Of a DNA stretch of 32,519 nt, positions 1-8,664 are shown one piece after another; the stretch's first letter is position 1; every line of letters begins with the position of its first letter. The notes under the pieces are model-generated. The model had not been told where the DNA came from, did not search any database, and saw nothing but the letters and a program-made list of their open reading frames with translations. This stretch comes from Pseudomonadota bacterium (lineage in GTDB: Bacteria > Pseudomonadota > Alphaproteobacteria > Rhizobiales > Rhizobiaceae): the NCBI GenBank assembly GCA_039178065.1, contig JBCDFK010000001.1:1-32519 (forward strand). Direction: 5' to 3'. The translations under genes were made by a program, and so were the position numbers.

Positions 1-219
1 CGGTCATATGGTTTTCTGGTCCATGATAATCTTGGGAATACAGCGACCAATGATCGCAGACCGGGTATGGTTTATTGACGCGCTGCAAGCACTGAAAAGC
101 CTCCACCAACGCCTAAGACCTTACTAAACGAAAACTAAATACTGAGTTTGCGGCAGGTGCGGTTGCGGCCAACAACTGGTTGGGCCTTTCTATGATAGCT
201 TGACTATCGGGTGCGGCCG

Positions 220-233
220 TTGATTAGTGTCCA
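220..233. promoter_or_regulatory. imperfect FNR box at the fnrN start (possible autoregulation)
   Basis: TTGAT-TAGT-GTCCA versus consensus TTGAY-N4-RTCAA. Confidence 0.4.
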
Positions 234-235
234 GC

Positions 236-967
236 ATGACCACTGAACGAAAAGACATTCACAATTCTGACGTTCCACTTGTTTGCCGCTCGTGCGAAGC
301 ACGTCATCGCGGCGTGTGTGGCGCATTGAATGAGCAACAGCTGGTTGAATTAGCTAAGCATACCCATAAGTCCACTCATAAACCTGAAGAAGAATTGTTT
401 GCAGCGGAGAGCAATTCAACACATTACTCAAACGTTTTACGGGGTGTAGTGAAGCTCACAAAACTGATGCCAGACGGACGGCAGCAAATAGTGGGTCTGC
501 AGTTTTCGCCTGATTTCCTGGGGCGTCCATTTGAAAAGACAAATAAGCTTGATGCACAGGCCGCCGACGGCGTCGAATTGTGTTCGTTTCCTAAAACGGT
601 TTTAGACAATCTGATCAAAAAATCGCCGGAGCTTGAACACAAACTATTTGAGCAAACACTGCGAGAGCTCGATGAATCACGCGAGATGATGCTCACACTT
701 GGTCGCAAAACAGCCGCAGAGAAGGTGGCGACTTTTCTCCATCGTCTGGCAACTCACATAGATCCCGAGCTTGACCATACCAATGGCCCAATCGAGTTTG
801 ATCTCGCGCTTAAGCGCGCCGATATTGCAGACTACTTAGGTTTGACCATCGAAACTGTCAGCCGCCAAATGACGAAATTGCGCAAAGCCGGCATTATCGA
901 CATTGAAAATAATCGTCACATCCGAATTCCAGATTTGGATCGTATATTGGATGCGACCGAAAACTAG
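236..967 (+). CDS. fnrN: Crp/Fnr-family oxygen-sensing transcriptional regulator (FnrN/FnrL type)
   Basis: N-terminal Cys cluster CRSC-x7-C plus a central Cys (VELCSF) for a [4Fe-4S] cluster; recognition helix GLTIETVSRQ; next to hemN and cco genes. Start is ATG 236 or GTG 227. Confidence 0.9.
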   Translation: MTTERKDIHNSDVPLVCRSCEARHRGVCGALNEQQLVELAKHTHKSTHKPEEELFAAESNSTHYSNVLRGVVKLTKLMPDGRQQIVGLQFSPDFLGRPFEKTNKLDAQAADGVELCSFPKTVLDNLIKKSPELEHKLFEQTLRELDESREMMLTLGRKTAAEKVATFLHRLATHIDPELDHTNGPIEFDLALKRADIADYLGLTIETVSRQMTKLRKAGIIDIENNRHIRIPDLDRILDATEN

Positions 968-975
968 CAGTCCGA

Positions 976-2331
976 TTACACCGCTTGCGAAAACTTTTGT
1001 TTGGCTGGTGCGAAATGTGCATCGAACCATGAAGCGACAATTCGCGTGAATGCGCGCGCATGCTCGGGAACAGAAAAGACACCGTTTTCCAGCTCACAAA
1101 GATCTAAATTGTCGTCGCGATAGGCGGCCGAAACTTCCGCTATAAGTGTAGGGCAGCTTCCGCCAAAGAGCCTTTGCATTTGGCTTAAATCGACACGCAA
1201 ATCGCACATGAGGCGTTCGATAAAATAGGCCAGCATTTTGTCATCGTTTGACAGTCGATAACCCTTGTTTGCAGTTAGCTGACCTTCTTTGATCAATGCT
1301 TGGTACTGTCCAGTTGCAACAATGTTTTGGATGTAGCCGCCTTCAAAATAGCCAATTGATGAGGCACCTATGCCAATCATCGTTCTAGCGTTATCAGTTG
1401 TGTATCCTTGGAAATTCCTTCGTAAAAGCCCAGCGTTAGCTGCCACTGCCAATTTATCTGTTGGCTTTGCAAAATGATCAATCCCAATGGCCTGGTAGTC
1501 ATTGGATCGAAGCAAATCTGAACCCTTAGAGGCATGCGCAAACCTTTCCTCTGGCGTAGCAAGATCTTCCTGATTAATCATTTGCTGGTGTTTTTTAAGC
1601 CAAGGCACATGGGCATAACCAAAAAGGGCAATGCGGTCAGGTTGCAAAGATACACATTGATCCAATGTAGAAAGCAAACGCGCTTCGGTCTGCAACGGCA
1701 GTCCGTAAAGCGCATCCATGTTGATCGAACTGACATCAATCGAGCGGAGTTTATCAACGACCATTTGAGTATCGGCGAATGATTGCGGTCGATTGATCGC
1801 TTCTTGTACTTCCTGATGGAAATCCTGCACACCGATACTTGCGCGCGTGATTCCTATGGCCTTGAGGCCCTCAAACATTTCGGCATTCGAATCGGAGGGA
1901 TCTATTTCCACACTGACTTCGGTTTCTGCACCAAACTCAAAAACCGTCTCCAACTCAGCACGCAAGCGCGCCATGTCATCCTTTACGAGAAGGCTTGGGG
2001 ACCCACCACCCAGATGGAGTTGGGAGATTGGCTGGCGAGTCCCCATGCGTTGCCTGAGCAAGGCAATCTCGTCAATGAGATGGTCTACATAGTCAGAAAT
2101 CGGCTGATAACGCTGCGTATGTTTGGTGTTACAGCCACAAAACCAGCACAATCGATCACAAAACGGGATGTGAATGTACACTGACACCGGCTCGTGCCCT
2201 TCAAGACTATCAAACATTTCATTCATAAGTGCCGGGCCCATACCCGCTTTGAACTGCGGCGCAGTTGGGTAGCTGGTATAACGCGGCACAGCACCTTGGT
2301 ACTGCTTTATGACGGATGCAGCACTGATCAT
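976..2331 (-). CDS. hemN: oxygen-independent coproporphyrinogen III oxidase (radical SAM)
   Basis: PRYTSYPTA N-terminus, radical SAM motif YIHIPFCDRLCWFCGC, GGGSP, GIDHFA, RNFQGY. Confidence 0.96.
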   Translation of the reverse strand: MISAASVIKQYQGAVPRYTSYPTAPQFKAGMGPALMNEMFDSLEGHEPVSVYIHIPFCDRLCWFCGCNTKHTQRYQPISDYVDHLIDEIALLRQRMGTRQPISQLHLGGGSPSLLVKDDMARLRAELETVFEFGAETEVSVEIDPSDSNAEMFEGLKAIGITRASIGVQDFHQEVQEAINRPQSFADTQMVVDKLRSIDVSSINMDALYGLPLQTEARLLSTLDQCVSLQPDRIALFGYAHVPWLKKHQQMINQEDLATPEERFAHASKGSDLLRSNDYQAIGIDHFAKPTDKLAVAANAGLLRRNFQGYTTDNARTMIGIGASSIGYFEGGYIQNIVATGQYQALIKEGQLTANKGYRLSNDDKMLAYFIERLMCDLRVDLSQMQRLFGGSCPTLIAEVSAAYRDDNLDLCELENGVFSVPEHARAFTRIVASWFDAHFAPAKQKFSQAV

Positions 2332-2807
2332 GACTTTGCCCCAGCAGTTAACATGGGTAAAATATGGTCTCGCTCAAAAGCGATATGCCGACGAAGACCC
2401 TCAAAGAAGCCACGCATCATATAACCCGCTTTTTCAAAATTTTCTTGTTTACCGCCGGCAATCTCGCGCAAGCACTCGGTCACTTCTTCGGCGAAACTCT
2501 CGTCTTCCAAATGTTCGCCATGCAACCTATCTAAAACATGTTCAAGTTGACCATCTTGATCTTGTGTTTCCTTCAGCACGCCGAAAAGAGTTTCCTCTTC
2601 AAAACGATGCGCTGCATGAACGAGCGGAATAACTGACATGGCCATTCTCAAGCATCGCTGCGGATCAACATCCTCTGGGAAACTATCGGCTATGTCTTCC
2701 AAGGCATTACAAAGCGCGTTTTGTTTATCCAAATAGGCAGCTAACTCGTTTGCTATTACCTGCGTTGACGGCTCAGTCTCGGTATCGGTCTCGAGCAGTT
2801 GTTTCAT
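2328..2807 (-). CDS. hemerythrin (HHE) domain protein
   Basis: HRFEEETLF, LHGEHLED and HIAFE motifs; GGAG RBS; ATGA overlap with hemN. Confidence 0.85.
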   Translation of the reverse strand: MKQLLETDTETEPSTQVIANELAAYLDKQNALCNALEDIADSFPEDVDPQRCLRMAMSVIPLVHAAHRFEEETLFGVLKETQDQDGQLEHVLDRLHGEHLEDESFAEEVTECLREIAGGKQENFEKAGYMMRGFFEGLRRHIAFERDHILPMLTAGAKS

Positions 2808-2833
2808 AAAAGTCTCCGATCGCGGGCGCGCTT

Positions 2834-2847
2834 TTGATTTGGATAAC
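2834..2847. promoter_or_regulatory. secondary imperfect FNR box
   Basis: TTGAT-TTGG-ATAAC, 27 nt upstream of the hemerythrin start. Confidence 0.45.
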
Positions 2848-2881
2848 GCGGCTCATAGTGCTCGACTTTCCTCGTTGCTCC

Positions 2882-2895
2882 TTGATTCAGATCAA
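2882..2895. promoter_or_regulatory. FNR/FixK box (anaerobox) between the divergent hemerythrin-hemN and ccoNOQP operons
   Basis: perfect TTGAT-TCAG-ATCAA. Confidence 0.92.
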
Positions 2896-2989
2896 AGCCC
2901 CACAACCAAACACGAGTCATTCAGTGTTTGTGGAAGACTGTGCGATCTCGAGCGCATTTTTTTCGCGTTTGTTTACTAAGGGGAATCCC

Positions 2990-4627
2990 ATGAATTACGG
3001 AACGCCAGTGATTATCACCGGTTTCGGTGCCTTTATCGCGCTACTCGCCGCGGCCTTTGCGCAAGACACACTATTCGCCCAGCATATGGGACTAGTGTGC
3101 GCCGTTTTAGCGATTTCAACTATCGTACTTTTGCGCATGGTGAACTTCGAAGCCAAGCCCAAGCCACAAGACTTAAAACACGAATATATGGATACGGTTA
3201 TTCGTTACGGCGTAATTGCCACAGCCTTTTGGGGAGTGGTTGGCTTCTTGGTGGGGCTCATTGCGGCTACACAGCTCGCTTGGCCAGAACTTAACTTCGG
3301 ACCCTATCTCAATTTTGGGCGTCTAAGGCCTCTCCACACATCGGCGGTCATCTTTGCTTTTGGTGGCACTGCGCTGATCACCACGGCATTTTATGTTGTG
3401 CAACGCACCTGTCGCGTACGGCTTTGGGGCGGCGGGCTCCCCTGGTTCGTTTTTTGGGGCTATCAACTTTTCATATTCATGGCGGCCACCGGGTACCTTC
3501 TTGGTATCACGCAAGGTAAGGAATATGCCGAGCCAGAATGGTATGTCGATCTATGGTTGACGATTGTTTGGGTCGTATTTTTGCTGGTCTTTCTTGGCAC
3601 CCTCGTCAATCGAAAAGAACCGCATATCTATGTAGCTAACTGGTTCTTCTTATCCTTCATTGTCACTGTGGCGATGCTGCATGTGGTCAATGGTCTTTCT
3701 ATGCCCGTCTCATTTTTGGGCTCAAAAAGCTACTCGGCTTTCGCTGGTGTTCAAGATGCGCTGACGCAATGGTGGTACGGTCACAATGCGGTAGGCTTCT
3801 TCCTAACAGCGGGCTTCCTGGGCATGATGTATTACTTCGTGCCTAAGCAGGCCAATCGCCCGATTTACTCCTACCGCCTGTCAATCATCCACTTCTGGGG
3901 TTTGATCTTCCTCTACATTTGGGCGGGTCCACACCACTTGCACTATACTGCGTTGCCAGATTGGGCCCAAACTCTCGGTATGGTGTTCTCCATCATGCTT
4001 TGGATGCCTTCTTGGGGTGGCATGATCAATGGTTTGATGACCCTCCAAGGGGCTTGGGACAAAGTCCGGACGGATCCGGTTCTTCGCATGATGATCATCA
4101 GTTTGGCATTCTATGGCATGTCCACGTTTGAAGGGCCAATGATGTCCATCAAGGCGGTCAATTCATTGTCGCACTATACTGACTGGACCATCGGCCACGT
4201 GCACTCTGGCGCCCTTGGTTGGAACGGTATGATCACGTTTGGTGCGCTGTATTTCTTGACACCACGCCTTTGGGGTCGTGCTCAGCTTTACTCGCCACGT
4301 ATGGTCAACTGGCACTTCTGGCTCGCGACACTGGGTATCGTTGTCTACGCGGCGGTTATGTGGGTGTCCGGTATCACGCAAGGTTTGATGTGGCGTGAAT
4401 ATGATGCCCAAGGCTACTTGGTCTACTCATTCGCAGAGAGCATTGAGGCTATGCATCCTTACTATGTGATGCGCGTCATTGGCGGCCTTCTCTATCTGAG
4501 TGGTGCCATCGTGATGGCTTACAACTTGACCATGACCATTCTTGGCAAAGTTCGCGATGAAGAGCCGTTTGCAGCCACCTCAAGATTCAATCCAGCAAGC
4601 GACAAACCGCTTGTGCCTGCAGAATAG
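2990..4627 (+). CDS. ccoN: cbb3-type cytochrome c oxidase subunit I
   Basis: [51 protein letters not shown]; ATG 2990 with AAGGGG RBS is more likely than the ORF-track start at 2834. Confidence 0.97.
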   Translation: MNYGTPVIITGFGAFIALLAAAFAQDTLFAQHMGLVCAVLAISTIVLLRMVNFEAKPKPQDLKHEYMDTVIRYGVIATAFWGVVGFLVGLIAATQLAWPELNFGPYLNFGRLRPLHTSAVIFAFGGTALITTAFYVVQRTCRVRLWGGGLPWFVFWGYQLFIFMAATGYLLGITQGKEYAEPEWYVDLWLTIVWVVFLLVFLGTLVNRKEPHIYVANWFFLSFIVTVAMLHVVNGLSMPVSFLGSKSYSAFAGVQDALTQWWYGHNAVGFFLTAGFLGMMYYFVPKQANRPIYSYRLSIIHFWGLIFLYIWAGPHHLHYTALPDWAQTLGMVFSIMLWMPSWGGMINGLMTLQGAWDKVRTDPVLRMMIISLAFYGMSTFEGPMMSIKAVNSLSHYTDWTIGHVHSGALGWNGMITFGALYFLTPRLWGRAQLYSPRMVNWHFWLATLGIVVYAAVMWVSGITQGLMWREYDAQGYLVYSFAESIEAMHPYYVMRVIGGLLYLSGAIVMAYNLTMTILGKVRDEEPFAATSRFNPASDKPLVPAE

Positions 4628-4639
4628 GAGCCTGGGATT

Positions 4640-5386
4640 ATGTCAAGTTTTACACATAAATTCCTGAACAAACACGCCAAGCTTGAGCGCAATGCTTCCT
4701 TGCTATTGGTATTCTCATTGCTTGCGGTTCTTGTGGGCGGGATCGTTGAAATTGTGCCTCTGTTCTATCTGGAGAACACGATTGAGGAAGTTGACGGCAT
4801 GCGGCCTTATACGCCGCTGGAGTTAAAAGGCCGGAACATCTACGTTCGCGAAGGTTGCTATGTTTGCCACAGCCAAATGATACGTCCATTCCGTGATGAA
4901 GTTGAGCGCTACGGACATTACTCATTGGCCGCTGAATCGATGTATGATCACCCGTTTCAATGGGGGTCAAAGCGTACCGGACCGGATCTGGCACGTGTTG
5001 GCGCGCGATACTCCAACGAATGGCATGTCCAGCATCTGAACAATCCTCAAGAAGTCGTGCCTGAATCAATTATGCCGAAATATGCTTTCCTTGGCCAAAC
5101 CGATTTGGATATCGAAAACATGGAAGCGCACCTAAGGGCCAATCGTGTGGTCAACGTGCCATACACTGACGAAATGCTGGAAAATGCTGAGGCAGATTTG
5201 AAAGCCCAAGCCGATCCTGATGCGGATTGGAGTGGACTGGAGGAGCGTTACCCGAAGGTCGTTCTTGGTGACTTTGACGGTGATCCCAAACGTCTGACTG
5301 AGATGGATGCGTTGGTGGCTTATCTGCAGATGCTTGGCACATTGGTTGATTTTTCAACCTATGAGCCAGAGCTCAACGAGCGATAG
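4640..5386 (+). CDS. ccoO: cbb3-type cytochrome c oxidase subunit II
   Basis: single TM helix, heme c motif [17 protein letters not shown]; AGGAG RBS. Confidence 0.97.
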   Translation: MSSFTHKFLNKHAKLERNASLLLVFSLLAVLVGGIVEIVPLFYLENTIEEVDGMRPYTPLELKGRNIYVREGCYVCHSQMIRPFRDEVERYGHYSLAAESMYDHPFQWGSKRTGPDLARVGARYSNEWHVQHLNNPQEVVPESIMPKYAFLGQTDLDIENMEAHLRANRVVNVPYTDEMLENAEADLKAQADPDADWSGLEERYPKVVLGDFDGDPKRLTEMDALVAYLQMLGTLVDFSTYEPELNER

Positions 5387-5395
5387 GAGGCAAAG

Positions 5396-5551
5396 ATGGA
5401 TTCTACATACCAAACCATGCGTACATTCGCCGATAGTTGGGGCCTCGTTTACATGTTCGCGATCTTTTTATTCGTCGTCGTTTGGACCTTCCGCCCGGGC
5501 GGAAAGAAACACAGCGATGATGCAGCCCAAATTCCATTCAAAGAGGACTAG
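5396..5551 (+). CDS. ccoQ: cbb3-type cytochrome c oxidase subunit CcoQ (51 aa, below the ORF-track cutoff)
   Basis: manual translation MDSTYQTMRTFADSWGLVYMFAIFLFVVVWTFRPGGKKHSDDAAQIPFKED; AGGAGG RBS; lies between ccoO and ccoP. Confidence 0.93.
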   Translation: MDSTYQTMRTFADSWGLVYMFAIFLFVVVWTFRPGGKKHSDDAAQIPFKED

Positions 5552-5554
5552 ACG

Positions 5555-6427
5555 ATGGCTGAAAAAAATGAAGTTGACGAAATCTCCGGCATCGAGACAA
5601 CGGGCCATGAATGGGATGGAATTAAAGAACTCAACAACCCGTTGCCACGTTGGTGGTTGTGGACATTGTATGCAACGATTGTGTTTGCGATCGGCTACAC
5701 AATAGCCTACCCGGCTTGGCCCGGCATAACAGGTGCCACAAAGGGCGTGTTAGGTTGGTCCAGCCGCGCGGACGTGGCTGCCGATATTGCGGCGGTGGAA
5801 GCTGGTCGGGCGGAACTTGCGACAAAACTCGTCAGCACAGAATTGACCGAGGTGAGCAGCGATCCAGATCTGTTGCAATTTGCGGTCGCTGGCGGGAGTT
5901 CAGCCTACAAAGTTTATTGTTCTCAGTGCCATGGTTCTGGTGCCGCAGGCGGCGATATCTATCCGAACTTAGTCGATGATGATTGGATTTGGGGTGGTAA
6001 AATTGATGATATTCACCTGACACTCATGCACGGCATTCGCCACCCAGGCGACGACGATACGCGCTTCAATGAAATGCCGCGCTACGGTGCTGACGAAATA
6101 CTAGAACGTGATCAAATTATCGACGTTGCTTGGTATGTTCGCCAGATTTCCAACCAGGAGTTTGAAGCCGAAGCTGCGGCACGCGGACAAACGGTCTATG
6201 CAGATAATTGCGCTGCTTGTCATGGCGAAATGGGTGAAGGCATTCGGGATTTAGGCGGCCCTAGGCTCAATGATGCCATCTGGCTGTACGGTGGTAGCCA
6301 TGAAGAGATCGTTGCGCAAATTAACAATCCGAAACAAGGTGTTATGCCTGCCTGGTCAACGCGTTTACCGGAGGTCACGGTTAGGCAGCTTGCACTTTAT
6401 GTTCACAGTCTTGGCGGCGGTGAGTAG
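5555..6427 (+). CDS. ccoP: cbb3-type cytochrome c oxidase subunit III (diheme)
   Basis: TTGHEWDGIKELNNPLPRWW; two heme motifs, CSQCH and CAACH. Confidence 0.97.
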   Translation: MAEKNEVDEISGIETTGHEWDGIKELNNPLPRWWLWTLYATIVFAIGYTIAYPAWPGITGATKGVLGWSSRADVAADIAAVEAGRAELATKLVSTELTEVSSDPDLLQFAVAGGSSAYKVYCSQCHGSGAAGGDIYPNLVDDDWIWGGKIDDIHLTLMHGIRHPGDDDTRFNEMPRYGADEILERDQIIDVAWYVRQISNQEFEAEAAARGQTVYADNCAACHGEMGEGIRDLGGPRLNDAIWLYGGSHEEIVAQINNPKQGVMPAWSTRLPEVTVRQLALYVHSLGGGE

Positions 6428-6452
6428 CTCGAAGCATCACCAGCAAGCCAAA

Positions 6453-6490
6453 GCTCGGCCCGCATTTCCCCAAAAAAGTGCGGGTCGAGC
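6453..6490 (+). terminator. GC-rich stem-loop after ccoP
   Basis: GCTCGGCCCGCATTT pairs with AAGTGCGGGTCGAGC allowing G-U pairs; no strong U tract. Confidence 0.55.
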
Positions 6491-6500
6491 GCAATCATAA

Positions 6501-6514
6501 TTGATGCAGATCAA
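6501..6514. promoter_or_regulatory. FNR box of ccoGHIS
   Basis: perfect TTGAT-GCAG-ATCAA; -10-like CATAAA at 6537 gives class II spacing. Confidence 0.92.
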
Positions 6515-6608
6515 GGTCGGACAGCGAGTCTTTGTGCATAAATCGCTTTATGAACATGGGCGGTAATAGCCGTTCAATCCAAAACCAGACCTCACGGGTG
6601 AAAACGAA

Positions 6609-8135
6609 GTGGCAGATACATTGCCCGGCGCTGAACCGGAAATCCAACTTTATGAGGCGCGCAAGAAGATCTTTCCCAAGCGGACGAAAGGTACGTATCG
6701 ACGCTTGAAGTGGATCATCATGGCCATCACTCTGGCGATCTATTACATCACACCATGGTTGCGCTGGGATCGTGGTGAATTTGCACCCGATCAAGCAGTG
6801 TTAGTCGATATTGCAAATCGTCGCTTCTATGCATTCTTTATCGAGATTTGGCCGCAGGAATTCTATTTTGTCGCGGGTATGTTGGTTATGGCTGGCATCG
6901 GCTTATTCCTCGTAACTTCGGTCGTTGGTCGTGCATGGTGCGGTTACACCTGTCCGCAGACTGTTTGGACTGATTTGTTTCTGGTCGTTGAACGCTTCTT
7001 TGAAGGCGATCGAAATGCCCGCATGAAGCTTGATGCAGGGCCATATACATTCGACAAAATTCGCAAACGCGTCTTAAAGCACACAACATGGTTGCTGATT
7101 GCGGTGGCAACGGGCGGCGCTTGGATTTTCTACTTTGCTGATGCGCCAACACTTCTAGTGGATTTGTTCACTGGTCAGGCGGCTGGCGTTGCCTACGCCA
7201 CCGTCGCAATACTCACCGCAACAACTTATATTTTTGGCGGCCATATGCGCGAGCAGGTCTGCAACTATATGTGCCCTTGGCCGCGTATTCAGGCCGCCAT
7301 GCTAGATGAAGATTCGCTGGTTGTTACTTATAATGACTGGCGCGGCGAACCCCGTACACACGGCAAAAAGAAAGCAGCTGCAGCGGGCGAACCTGCCGGC
7401 GATTGCGTTGATTGCAATGCCTGCGTCGCCGTATGCCCCGCCGGTATCGATATTCGCGATGGCCAGCAAATGGAGTGCATTACTTGTGCGCTTTGTATTG
7501 ATGCCTGCGATGACATTATGGGTAAGCTGGGCAGAGAGAAGAGCCTAATCTCTTATTCCACGCTGCACGACTACAATGCCAATATGAAACTGGCGACAGA
7601 GCCAAAGACCGGCAATATAAATCCAGATCTAATTCGTGGCACTGGCGGAGGCTTTATTAACGATATCCGGCACTTCCAACCAAAAATATTCCTTCGCCCA
7701 CGGACGCTAATTTATGCTGCCATTTGGTGTATGCTCGGCCTAACTCTGCTCTATGGCTTAGTCACCCGTGACCGTTTGGGTGTGAATGTGCAGCATGATC
7801 GAAATCCTATTTTTGTGACACTGAGCGACGGTTCAATCCGCAACGCCTACACCGTAAAGGTGCTCAATATGCACCTGGAACCTCGCAATATTACACTCTC
7901 GCTGCGTGATTTGCCCGGCGGCCGCATGTCTATCAATGGGGTAGAGCCAGCCGAAAGTACGCAGTTCAATATTGAAGTGAAGCCAGATCAGTTGCGTTCA
8001 CTTCGCGTATTCATTCGCCAATCTGCCGGGTTTGTGGAACCAGGTGCGACTGACTTCCAATTATTGGTCGAAGATAAACAATCCAACGAGCGCGATATTT
8101 ACAACGCTAAATTTGAAGCTCCCGAAGCAAAGTAA
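6609..8135 (+). CDS. ccoG: cbb3 oxidase accessory protein CcoG/FixG
   Basis: GRAWCGYTCPQTVWTD, MCPWPRIQ; two [4Fe-4S] motifs, CVDCNACVAVCP and CITCALCIDAC. Confidence 0.95.
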   Translation: MADTLPGAEPEIQLYEARKKIFPKRTKGTYRRLKWIIMAITLAIYYITPWLRWDRGEFAPDQAVLVDIANRRFYAFFIEIWPQEFYFVAGMLVMAGIGLFLVTSVVGRAWCGYTCPQTVWTDLFLVVERFFEGDRNARMKLDAGPYTFDKIRKRVLKHTTWLLIAVATGGAWIFYFADAPTLLVDLFTGQAAGVAYATVAILTATTYIFGGHMREQVCNYMCPWPRIQAAMLDEDSLVVTYNDWRGEPRTHGKKKAAAAGEPAGDCVDCNACVAVCPAGIDIRDGQQMECITCALCIDACDDIMGKLGREKSLISYSTLHDYNANMKLATEPKTGNINPDLIRGTGGGFINDIRHFQPKIFLRPRTLIYAAIWCMLGLTLLYGLVTRDRLGVNVQHDRNPIFVTLSDGSIRNAYTVKVLNMHLEPRNITLSLRDLPGGRMSINGVEPAESTQFNIEVKPDQLRSLRVFIRQSAGFVEPGATDFQLLVEDKQSNERDIYNAKFEAPEAK

Positions 8136-8145
8136 GGTAATAATC

Positions 8146-8661
8146 ATGCGACTAGCAAAAGCGATATTTGCGCCGAAGGAATTTACCGGTCGGCATATGT
8201 TCGGTGTATTGGCTCTGTTCTTCGGGACCATCATTACAGTGAATTTGTTTCTTGCCTACAGCGCAGGGTCAACCTGGACCGGACTTGTTGTGAAAAACAC
8301 CTATGTTGAAAGTCAAAAGTTCAACGAGCGCACGGAGGCTTTCAAAAAGCAGGCGGCAATGGGTTGGCAATATGATGTTGCTTACGACGATGAAGAACTT
8401 TCAGTGTCTCTCCTGGACTCATTTTCTGACCCGATAAAGAATGCCATTGTGGTCACAGAAATTGGCAGGCCCGTGCAGGAAGGCGAAGATCAAATTTTGC
8501 AGATGACAGAAGCGGGCAATCGCTACAGTGCTACCGCAGAACTTGGACCGGGCTTATGGCGCGCGCGTATCAAAGTGATTGGGCCACTTGGCGAGCAATG
8601 GCAACGTACGATGCGATTTTCCATCTTCAGTGATGGACGCTTAGTGCCGGAAAGCAGCTGA
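8146..8661 (+). CDS. ccoH: FixH/CcoH family protein
   Basis: FTGRHM...FFGTIITVN...TWTGLVVKNTYVESQKFN, GRP motif; ATG 8146 after an AAGG RBS. Confidence 0.92.
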   Translation: MRLAKAIFAPKEFTGRHMFGVLALFFGTIITVNLFLAYSAGSTWTGLVVKNTYVESQKFNERTEAFKKQAAMGWQYDVAYDDEELSVSLLDSFSDPIKNAIVVTEIGRPVQEGEDQILQMTEAGNRYSATAELGPGLWRARIKVIGPLGEQWQRTMRFSIFSDGRLVPESS

Positions 8662-8664
8662 TAA

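Noticed and set aside
1-127. Partial ORF at the window start
   Set aside because: Open frames exist on both strands but none has a recognisable motif; too short to call.
2834-2989. 52-aa N-terminal extension of CcoN in the ORF track
   Set aside because: It spans the FNR box and promoter; ATG 2990 has an RBS and a typical CcoN N-terminus.
5307-5705. 132-aa ORF overlapping ccoO and ccoP
   Set aside because: Wrong frame; the real gene here is ccoQ at 5396-5551.
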